DNA of 32,745 bases from a virus (taxonomy: Duplodnaviria > Caudoviricetes): positions 1-32,745 of the IMG/VR virus record IMGVR_UViG_3300037420_000348. One strand, 5' to 3'. A program made the position numbers and the translations under genes. Numbering within the stretch: position 1 is the first letter of the stretch; every line of letters starts with the position of its first letter. The notes under the pieces are model-generated. The model saw only the letters and a list, made by a program, of their open reading frames with translations, had not been told where the DNA came from and searched no databases. Shown here one piece after another: positions 1 through 6,623 of the stretch.

Positions 1-24
1 TGGTAGAAATGCGTCTTTATGTTT

Positions 25-204
25 CTATTCATTTTCTTTACTCCATTCTATCACAATTATTCCATCTTTAATGACCTCTACTTTGGTTATTCCTGATTCC
101 AGCACCTTAAGTCTGTAAAGCTGTCCCACCTGAGCCGACGAGTCTGATGTGAATTCATACCAGTTGCCAGATGTATAGCACCATCGTAAAAGAATAGCGC
201 CCAT
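25..204 (-). CDS. hypothetical phage protein (59 aa)
   Basis: Hand-translated MGAILLRWCYTSGNWYEF...EWSKENE*. Directly follows the stop of the upstream minus-strand gene, with a GGGAG RBS. Confidence 0.6.
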   Translation of the reverse strand: MGAILLRWCYTSGNWYEFTSDSSAQVGQLYRLKVLESGITKVEVIKDGIIVIEWSKENE

Positions 205-205
205 T

Positions 206-460
206 TTATTTCTCCCGCATAGCTACGATAGCTTCGATATCAGCTTGTGCAATCCCCGCTTGCTTCATCTGGTTCACAAGCTCTAAACGTTCCTGAGAAA
301 GAATGTACTTGCGCAGGAAGTTAAGAGGTTTGGAGTGTTCCGAATAAATCTTAGCAGCCACCGCCCCCGCACAAGTCTTGACTGTAACGCCCGCTCGTTG
401 ACCAGTCTTTTTACTGGCGTTGGATGTTGTTACGACGTATCCGTTAATAATTTCGGCCAT
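206..460 (-). CDS. hypothetical phage protein (84 aa)
   Basis: ORF track 206..505. The ATG at 460 (MAEIING...) is preferred because it avoids overlap with the upstream gene. Confidence 0.65.
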   Translation of the reverse strand: MAEIINGYVVTTSNASKKTGQRAGVTVKTCAGAVAAKIYSEHSKPLNFLRKYILSQERLELVNQMKQAGIAQADIEAIVAMREK

Positions 461-476
461 GATTATTCTTCCCGGT

Positions 477-929
477 TTAACGATAGTAGTACGTGTTACC
501 TTCAAATTCCACCTCGGAATAATCTTGCTTCAGCGCATCATAATCAACAACAATCTTGAGGTACGACGGAATGTTTTTAGGCAAATCACCAATGTCTTCA
601 AGCATATCATCCATATATTCTTCAAAGTAGCTTTCTTTGATGAGCGTCGCAGGATACCAGTCACCTCCCCATTGTTCATCACCGCCGTACCCGCGAAGTT
701 CCCCAAGCAGGTCCTCTAGAGTTTGCAATTCCTCCACAGAATCTCCAAATGGGTGATTGTTCTTGTCAATACTGATACACCACTCGTTAAGGCCCATCTC
801 TTGTTCTTGTTCGCCAACTTCATCTTTTACGTTGGTAAGTTCTTCGCGCAGTTCTTCCACTCGTGCGATTACGTCGCGAATGTCGATGATGTCAGCGCCG
901 TCAAAATCAGTGATGTCGTTGTGTGCCAT
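477..929 (-). CDS. acidic ArdA-like antirestriction / DNA-mimic protein
   Basis: Very D/E-rich 150 aa protein. C-terminus YFEEYMDDMLEDIGDLPKNIPSYLKIVVDYDALKQDYSEVEFEGNTYYYR resembles the ArdA C-terminal pattern. AGGAG RBS; first gene behind an early promoter. Confidence 0.6.
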   Translation of the reverse strand: MAHNDITDFDGADIIDIRDVIARVEELREELTNVKDEVGEQEQEMGLNEWCISIDKNNHPFGDSVEELQTLEDLLGELRGYGGDEQWGGDWYPATLIKESYFEEYMDDMLEDIGDLPKNIPSYLKIVVDYDALKQDYSEVEFEGNTYYYR

Positions 930-959
930 GTTCGTTTCTCCTTTGGGTGAGTGTCTTAC

Positions 960-1014
960 GTTGTGTTTGCTGCGTCAGTAAGGTCACTTTAAGCCACTTC
1001 CAAGCCTAAGTCAA
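960..1014 (-). promoter_or_regulatory. sigma70-type promoter with conserved leader motif
   Basis: On the minus strand TTGACT (1014-1009), 17 bp, TAAAGT (991-986), then GACGCAGCAAACACAAC (976-960). Confidence 0.7.
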
Positions 1015-1085
1015 GCACTTTTAAGCCAAACACCACAAATTATTTTAGCCTCTATATAGCATGTCTCTACAACGTGCCTACACCG

Positions 1086-1127
1086 GCTATACAGATAAGC
1101 GCCAACTATCCGCTATAGAGATAAGTG
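1086..1127. repeat. imperfect 16 bp direct repeat in non-coding DNA
   Basis: gctatacagataagcg (1086-1101) and gctatagagataagtg (1112-1127), 14/16 identical. Confidence 0.55.
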
Positions 1128-1198
1128 TTACCACACCATTCCTTATCACGATAAACATCCAGTAAAACACTGCCCTGCATTTTCAAAACCCATTCTCC

Positions 1199-1226
1199 AA
1201 AACAAAAAGCCCGCACAAGGCGAGCT
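1199..1226 (-). terminator. intrinsic terminator
   Basis: Minus strand AGCTCGC-CTTGT-GCGGGCT followed by TTTTGTTTT. Confidence 0.7.
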
Positions 1227-1340
1227 GAAATAAAATTTCTGGAAAATGTAGAATAGGGGTCGTTGATCCCATGTATTGAATAGTCCCGGATCAGAATCGA
1301 ACTTTTCCATCCTATTCAATATTCAATTCCAAAATGAACT

Positions 1341-1360
1341 AGAGGACCACACGGCCCTCT
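1341..1360 (-). terminator. hairpin / possible terminator
   Basis: AGAGGGCC-GTGT-GGTCCTCT just after the stop at 1366. The U-tract is weak. Confidence 0.45.
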
Positions 1361-1365
1361 CAGCG

Positions 1366-1497
1366 TTATTTCCCATCGTACGTTCCCGCCAAAATTGCTT
1401 CCCTTTTTTCTTTCAAGTGGTGCTCGTAATTAGCCCAGTCCATAAACATAAGTGTTGCGACAATAGCCAATCCTACAGCAATGAATGTTTTCTTCAT
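1366..1497 (-). CDS. small single-pass membrane protein (43 aa)
   Basis: Hand-translated MKKTFIAVGLAIVATLMFMDWANYEHHLKEKREAILAGTYDGK*. GGAGG RBS. Confidence 0.65.
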   Translation of the reverse strand: MKKTFIAVGLAIVATLMFMDWANYEHHLKEKREAILAGTYDGK

Positions 1498-1498
1498 A

Positions 1499-1747
1499 TC
1501 AGCCTCCATATCGATACATTGCAGCAAACAACGTAGCAATCACAGCACCGAACGCAAGAAATGGCAGCATGCGGTAGTCTTTTGTTGTGATGAGTTCGTA
1601 CGATAAATAACCTGCAAACGTAATCACTAAAAGAGACAGCACAACAGCGACGTTATTAAGTTCTACAGATTGATTCAAAAATGTCAATCCGAAAGCAAAC
1701 ACGATAAGAGTGATAAGCGTGTATGCGAAATGCTTGATTGTGTCCAT
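1499..1747 (-). CDS. small membrane protein, about 3 TM helices
   Basis: 82 aa with three hydrophobic stretches. AAGGAGG RBS. Confidence 0.75.
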   Translation of the reverse strand: MDTIKHFAYTLITLIVFAFGLTFLNQSVELNNVAVVLSLLVITFAGYLSYELITTKDYRMLPFLAFGAVIATLFAAMYRYGG

Positions 1748-1960
1748 TCATTCCTCCTTCACCAGATAACGAGCAGCTTGCACATATCCACTTCCCATTT
1801 CGGTAGGAAGGGTCCAATAAACCTCATACGTGTATTTTACTCCGTTGTGCACGATTTCTAAAGGCCAATCTTTATCGATAGAGAAGTGTTTGATGTAAGC
1901 ATACAACTCTGCATCTGTCGCACTGAGAATTGTGATTTCGTACATAGACATTTCAGCCAT
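1748..1960 (-). CDS. hypothetical protein (70 aa)
   Basis: ORF track 1748..2035. ATG at 1960 follows AAGGAAAG and lies downstream of the promoter at 2007-2035. Confidence 0.65.
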   Translation of the reverse strand: MAEMSMYEITILSATDAELYAYIKHFSIDKDWPLEIVHNGVKYTYEVYWTLPTEMGSGYVQAARYLVKEE

Positions 1961-2006
1961 TCCGCTTTCCTTTGTTTGTTTATAATTTGTTTGTACAATA
2001 AACGAC

Positions 2007-2035
2007 ATGCTATCTTGGAAATGGCTGTTAGTCAA
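2007..2035 (-). promoter_or_regulatory. sigma70-type promoter
   Basis: TTGACT, 17 bp, TAGCAT. Confidence 0.55.
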
Positions 2036-2047
2036 TGTGAAAGATGG

Positions 2048-2365
2048 TTATTTTGTTTTAGCTTTGGACATGGCAGCGTCGACAGCACGATCCATTTCGG
2101 TCAGGCCATAATGGGCGATGATATTCTGCTGTTCCGTCCCTACTGAACGCAGCCACCAGTGGTAGTTAAGTCCCACGATGTCGTGCAGCGTTTCGATAGT
2201 AGTTATTTCGTTGTAGCGTGCTACAGCTTTCCAACAGTTTCCGTCACACTCAAGTGTAATGCCACCACTCTTGTAGAATCCTCCAATATGGAACTTTCCA
2301 CCTTTGCGAAGCCCCACTTCGATGTCAGCTTCGACTATTTCTTGGATGAAGCTTGGGATGATCAT
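2048..2365 (-). CDS. hypothetical protein (105 aa)
   Basis: ATG at 2365 (MIIPSFIQ...) with a GAGAGG RBS. Confidence 0.7.
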   Translation of the reverse strand: MIIPSFIQEIVEADIEVGLRKGGKFHIGGFYKSGGITLECDGNCWKAVARYNEITTIETLHDIVGLNYHWWLRSVGTEQQNIIAHYGLTEMDRAVDAAMSKAKTK

Positions 2366-2375
2366 TTTGCACCTC

Positions 2376-2564
2376 TCATTGATAATCTTTATAAATACCA
2401 GAGTCGATAAGGCGTTTAAATTCTGAGATGGCTCTAGCCTCATCATCTTTCGGCACCCATTCGATGGTGTCAATCATATTGCTAGTCTCCCACTCTTGCA
2501 CAATGATCCAACTACCCAAGTAGTCGCACCACTCCAAGCCAAGGTCTTCGTACACGAAAATCAT
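2376..2564 (-). CDS. hypothetical acidic protein (62 aa)
   Basis: ORF track. GAGGG RBS; directly behind a promoter. Confidence 0.7.
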   Translation of the reverse strand: MIFVYEDLGLEWCDYLGSWIIVQEWETSNMIDTIEWVPKDDEARAISEFKRLIDSGIYKDYQ

Positions 2565-2595
2565 AATTCCCTCTTAAATTTGTTAAGGCATAAGA

Positions 2596-2624
2596 ATCTT
2601 AGTCGAAGCCGGTTCGCATGTCAA
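2596..2624 (-). promoter_or_regulatory. sigma70-type promoter
   Basis: TTGACA, 17 bp, TAAGAT. The spacer contains the near-palindrome CGAACCGGCTTCG. Confidence 0.7.
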
Positions 2625-2639
2625 CGAAAATTTTCGCAC

Positions 2640-2667
2640 AAAAGAAAAACCCCGCACAAGGCGGGGT
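2640..2667 (-). terminator. intrinsic terminator
   Basis: Minus strand ACCCCGC-CTTGT-GCGGGGT followed by TTTTCTTTT. Shares the 13 bp core cccgcacaaggcg with the terminator at ~1210. Confidence 0.75.
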
Positions 2668-2715
2668 AAAGGTGCTACTACGAGGTGCACTTATATACTT
2701 GTAACTGTGCCAAAC

Positions 2716-2774
2716 TTGACAGATAGTAATCTTAATGGTGTTATACAGTTGTCGGGTAGTGCAATACTGCCTGA
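2716..2774 (+). promoter_or_regulatory. putative promoter plus 5' leader hairpin of nuclease cassette 1
   Basis: TTGACA at 2716 and extended -10-like TGtTATACA at 2739-2747 (spacing atypical). Hairpin TCGGGTAGT-GCAAT-ACTGCCTGA at 2752-2774 with two G.U pairs. Confidence 0.45.
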
Positions 2775-2822
2775 GCAAGTCTGAAGTAAATCCCACACAC
2801 ATTTTAACATAGGAGTATCGCT

Positions 2823-3032
2823 ATGTCGCGTTCGTTCGACTATCGCCAAGCTACGCTTGAAGAAACTGCACGTCATCTCAACACGGTTCAGCTTCAAGCC
2901 TATAGTAAGTTAGTCACATATTACACCAAAAAAGAAGATCACGCAATGCTTGCAAAGCTGGAGCAGGCGAAGCGGTTGGCAAAAATCCTCAAGCTGACGC
3001 AGGAGTATGACGCTCTGTATGGAGTGTCTTGA
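2823..3032 (+). CDS. small helical protein, nuclease-associated paralog A (69 aa)
   Basis: AGGAG RBS. 21/65 identical, ungapped, to 14325..14522. Its stop overlaps the start of the HNH gene. Confidence 0.8.
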   Translation: MSRSFDYRQATLEETARHLNTVQLQAYSKLVTYYTKKEDHAMLAKLEQAKRLAKILKLTQEYDALYGVS

Positions 3033-4213
3033 TGGACTATAAGAGGATTTATGAGGAGCTAATTGAGCATAGGAAGATGATGCCGAAGTTGGAGGACACG
3101 TATTATGAGAAGCACCATATTGTGCCGAGGTGCATGGGCGGTGGTGATGAGGAGGAGAATCTTGTGTATTTGACGGCTGAGGATCACTTTATGGCCCATC
3201 TGTTGTTAGCTAGAGCATATGGGGTTGATGGGTTGTGGTTCGCTGTTCAGGCTATGACAATGCCAACAAGAAGTGATCGGAAAATTAGAGATAGGCGTAC
3301 ATTTGGCATTGTTCGGAGAGAAGTTGCAGAACGCTTGCGTAATTATGTAATGGACCACACAATCTACACTTTTAAGGATATTATGACAGGTGCCGTTTTC
3401 TCTTGTAAAAGGGACGATCTAGTTAAAATGTATGGTTGGCCTAGAGGTGCAGCGAGCAAGCTGGTTACAGGAAAGGCGACTGTTACTCATGGGGTTTGCC
3501 TTGCCAGCGCAGAAGATTTGCGTAAGGAGTTCGACACAACTTCCTATAGTTTTCGTCACATGGAAACAGGCACTGTGTATTTAAGGACAAGGAAAAAGTT
3601 CAGTGACGAGTTTGATATCAGACTGGATTATGTACACTCTCTAGTGGAAGGTAGATTGAAAACGTGCAAAGGTTATTGTATGGATTTTGCGAATAAAGAT
3701 TTTTTACGTAACAGGCGTGCAAAACTTCACAAGTTTAGGAGGATTTCTTCTGGGGAAGTTTATTGTAAAAGTGTGTCGGAAATGGTGGTAGAATTTAATC
3801 TACAACGGAGTTCCTTAAAGGAGCTAGTGCGAGGAACTATTTTAACAACAGGTGGGTTCTGCTTAGATTCTACCCCAACAGATACACAAGGACTTGATAA
3901 ATTGGCAAGAGGGGGTGTGTTCATAATAAAGGACACTGTAACAGGCAAGGTTTTATCTGGTACTAGCAAAGAACTTGCTGCCGCCTGTGGTTTTGACAGC
4001 GGCAGCTTGCCGAGAGCATTTAGACAAGGTAAAACAACTTTGAAAAATTATGAGATACTTGGACATGAGAGGACGCCCGCCTTATCGGCGGGCAGTTTTA
4101 ATGTCACAGCGCTCCAGAATTCGCCTTCAGAATCTTCGCAATTGCAGTTGCAAGTTCCATCACCGCAGCATCGTACTCCTGCGGAGTCGCATTGTGAGCA
4201 ACGGGCTGCATAA
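3029..4213 (+). CDS. HNH homing endonuclease (T4 Mob-like N-terminal HNH) with four C-terminal NUMOD1/IENR-like repeats
   Basis: YYEKHHIVPRCMGGGDEEENLVYLTAEDHFMAHLLL motif. Four ~60 aa repeats of the form F....TG.V......L......L..G.....G.CL. Start is TTG 3029 or ATG 3032. Confidence 0.85.
   Translation: MMDYKRIYEELIEHRKMMPKLEDTYYEKHHIVPRCMGGGDEEENLVYLTAEDHFMAHLLLARAYGVDGLWFAVQAMTMPTRSDRKIRDRRTFGIVRREVAERLRNYVMDHTIYTFKDIMTGAVFSCKRDDLVKMYGWPRGAASKLVTGKATVTHGVCLASAEDLRKEFDTTSYSFRHMETGTVYLRTRKKFSDEFDIRLDYVHSLVEGRLKTCKGYCMDFANKDFLRNRRAKLHKFRRISSGEVYCKSVSEMVVEFNLQRSSLKELVRGTILTTGGFCLDSTPTDTQGLDKLARGGVFIIKDTVTGKVLSGTSKELAAACGFDSGSLPRAFRQGKTTLKNYEILGHERTPALSAGSFNVTALQNSPSESSQLQLQVPSPQHRTPAESHCEQRAA
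4075..4099. terminator. GC-rich hairpin between convergent genes
   Basis: GCCCGCC-TTATC-GGCGGGC followed by AGTTTT on the plus strand, 10 bp from the stop of the minus-strand gene. Confidence 0.6.
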
Positions 4214-4739
4214 TGGTTGGCGACTGCGCCGATGTTTTTGCCAACTCATCCTGATAGCGACGAAGGGCGGCGGCGCTACGCTTGTTCTCTTTACGTTCAT
4301 ACTTACGTTTTTGACGAGGGTGGACAACAGCACCCTCAGGGTTTGCAGCGGTGGCTTTCTTGTCTTCCTTCTTCGTCGCAGAATCATGAAGCTCCTGCGC
4401 CATTTGTTGCAACGTCTCACCCTTTTCTTCGTTCTTCACAAGCGTGAGATTGTTAGCAACCACATCGTTAGTCTTGCGAGCCTTGCTGTTGAGCGACTTG
4501 GGGAGCCGTTGACGAACTAGGATTTCTTCAGGTGCAATTTTAGCATGCTCTGCGTATGTCTGTGCAATCTTGAAGGCATCTTCTTTGCTGAGTGGGTGGG
4601 TAGCTTGATAAAAGTCCACTCCAACTCGGCGTTCGGTGCCCTCAAGGAAGCAAGTGATCTGTCCATCTTTCTTCGTCTCAGGGAAGAACAGCACTGCCTT
4701 GTCGTTGTTGGGCGTAACTCGTGCGATAACTTGTTTCAT
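4104..4739 (-). CDS. hypothetical early protein (211 aa)
   Basis: AGGAG RBS; first gene behind the promoter at 4846-4874. Confidence 0.85.
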   Translation of the reverse strand: MKQVIARVTPNNDKAVLFFPETKKDGQITCFLEGTERRVGVDFYQATHPLSKEDAFKIAQTYAEHAKIAPEEILVRQRLPKSLNSKARKTNDVVANNLTLVKNEEKGETLQQMAQELHDSATKKEDKKATAANPEGAVVHPRQKRKYERKENKRSAAALRRYQDELAKTSAQSPTIMQPVAHNATPQEYDAAVMELATAIAKILKANSGAL

Positions 4740-4819
4740 GATGTAACTCCTATATGTAGTTAAGTTGTGCCAGCTTCTCTATGTTTGCCAGCCTAGTTAG
4801 TAATGTCGCCGCTTTAACT

Positions 4820-4874
4820 GTTGTCTCTGCTGCGTCGATGAGTGAAGCATAAGGCATATAAAACACAGAGTCAA
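4820..4874 (-). promoter_or_regulatory. sigma70-type promoter with conserved leader motif
   Basis: TTGACT, 17 bp, TATGCT, then GACGCAGCAGAGACAAC at the same offset as in the 960-1014 promoter. Confidence 0.7.
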
Positions 4875-5179
4875 CATAAATTTTCATATACCCCTAGATT
4901 TCTGTTCCGTAACGTGGTAAGCGTGATTTTTCACAAGCTTGCTGTATGCATAAACAGTTGTTGTAAGTGCACTTGTCAGCGCCCACCTACAAATCTCACC
5001 TAATAATCACAACATTTTGTGTACATTCTGCAAGAAAGGGCGTAACGTGATTGTAATTCTTGCGCTATCTATCTTATGTACGGCACATAACAGACTAGTG
5101 TTATGTGGCTCCTATCAGAACTGCTAGGTCGCACACTATAGAGCAAGCGTAGGATGAAGAGTGGAGTAGCTTTTTGAGC

Positions 5180-5276
5180 CTGTAGACGATGGGTAAGGGA
5201 ATCTATTGCCTAAAATTCTAGCAACTCACTGTAAATCCGTGGGAAAGGGTACTGCTGCGCCTAAATTTTGACAACC
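5180..5276. repeat. imperfect ~50 bp tandem repeat in a long non-coding block
   Basis: ctgtagacgatgggtaagggaatctattgcctaaaattctagcaac versus ctgtaaatccgtgggaaagggtactgctgcgcctaaattttgacaac. Confidence 0.55.
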
Positions 5277-5461
5277 GTAGGATGCAGCCCAAGAGGGTGG
5301 GAACAGTGGCAGTGCAGCAAAGTGCACTGAAGAAGATTCAAGAAGGTTGGGAGTGCAATATGATGCACAATTGGGGAAAATAGGAAACACCCCAAGTTGA
5401 TCCCAAGGGGTGATTGACCCTGCATCACAAACGAATTTTTACTTATGACTTATTGTGAAAT

Positions 5462-6109
5462 TTAGAATTCATTTTCATAGGGTGCAGTCCATTCTTCGTG
5501 CATTTCTACAGCACGTTTTGCAGACGCAAGAATGTCTTCCAAGTCCTCCTTCAAATCTTTATGACCACGCTGACCACTGGCCAGAGCCTTCTTGAGAAGA
5601 TGTTGCAGGCAAGGGTCGACAACATTCCATGCACGAAGGACATCATACACATCTACCCAAACACCCGGCTTTACTTGGCGCATGTACTTGTTGCGTTCGA
5701 TGGCGTTCTCCTCTTCAGGGTCTGGAACATACTCTTGAGGTTCAAGAATGTTAGCAGGTGCTGACACAATTTCAAAACGTGATTTGCCCCACGTCATCTT
5801 AACTTCCTTCAGCACATAATCTACATCTTGGTACTCTCCAATTACTGTGTAGACATTTCCTTTGCGAAGATAACCTTCAGCCAGTTCGTCATCAACACAC
5901 AACACACTGAACGGATACTCAGATTGTTTTTCTGCCACAATTTCACAATCTTCAGGGTCGATACCAGCATTCTTATCGTCTGGAAGAGGATAATAGTCGC
6001 CTGCACCTGTACAGAGTAGGTTTTTAAGAACTTCATACTCTTCATCAACCTTATACCAGTTGTCATCAGTGGCACGTGTGATACGCACTTTCATTGTTTC
6101 TTGTTTCAT
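5462..6109 (-). CDS. phage protein with two N-terminal SH3-like beta repeats and a C-terminal DUF3310/T7 gp1.7-like domain
   Basis: C-terminal NKY...VDVYDVLRAW...QHLLKKAL..GQRGHKD...DL motif. GAGGAGG RBS. Confidence 0.6.
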   Translation of the reverse strand: MKQETMKVRITRATDDNWYKVDEEYEVLKNLLCTGAGDYYPLPDDKNAGIDPEDCEIVAEKQSEYPFSVLCVDDELAEGYLRKGNVYTVIGEYQDVDYVLKEVKMTWGKSRFEIVSAPANILEPQEYVPDPEEENAIERNKYMRQVKPGVWVDVYDVLRAWNVVDPCLQHLLKKALASGQRGHKDLKEDLEDILASAKRAVEMHEEWTAPYENEF

Positions 6110-6139
6110 AACATCCTCCTAAGATTTGTAAGAAGTCGT

Positions 6140-6231
6140 ATGATTGCATATGTAGGCATTCCTGTCAAGCGTTGTGTTGCGTAAGAATTCTCAAAATTCT
6201 TGTTGCGTTGTACGGCAAAGTGTGCAATGAT
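6140..6231. promoter_or_regulatory. divergent promoter region at the strand switch
   Basis: Minus-strand TTGACA at 6168-6163 and plus-strand TTGCGT at 6203. Both -10 boxes are weak (AATCAT and AATGAT). Confidence 0.4.
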
Positions 6232-6259
6232 GATGACTCTGAACAACTAAGGAGGGCAT

Positions 6260-6538
6260 ATGAAAGATTACCCAGTAAACAGTGTCTGCATCCTCACAGG
6301 TGCGTGCCGAGACGAGTACAGAGGTATGGAGTGTACGATTGTGGAGCCACAAATTATGCGTGATGATCGGCATGCTAAAGGGTTGCGCTACGTTGTGTCT
6401 GTGAATGGCCTACAAGGAACTTGGTATGCATCACATAACATCTTAACGCTTCGTCGATTCCCGCCAGACACCGATGCTTGGCTGCGAGTGAAGATGAAGG
6501 ATGTGTTGAAGCCTGTCGATATTAAGGAGTCCGTATGA
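6260..6538 (+). CDS. hypothetical protein (92 aa)
   Basis: ORF track. AAGGAGG RBS. Confidence 0.8.
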   Translation: MKDYPVNSVCILTGACRDEYRGMECTIVEPQIMRDDRHAKGLRYVVSVNGLQGTWYASHNILTLRRFPPDTDAWLRVKMKDVLKPVDIKESV

Positions 6539-6623
6539 GTGTAGAAGACACAAGGACGCCTGCACAGAAGGCTAGGGACGAGATGTCACACAATTTTCAA
6601 CAACCTTACAACACGGAAGATCG

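Noticed and set aside
2600-2620. GGTTCG as a possible tRNA T-loop
   Set aside because: No cloverleaf; it lies in a promoter spacer. No tRNA genes were recognised in the window.
4880-5460. Possible CRISPR array in the non-coding repeats
   Set aside because: Repeats are few and degenerate, with no constant repeat and unique spacer structure; no cas genes.
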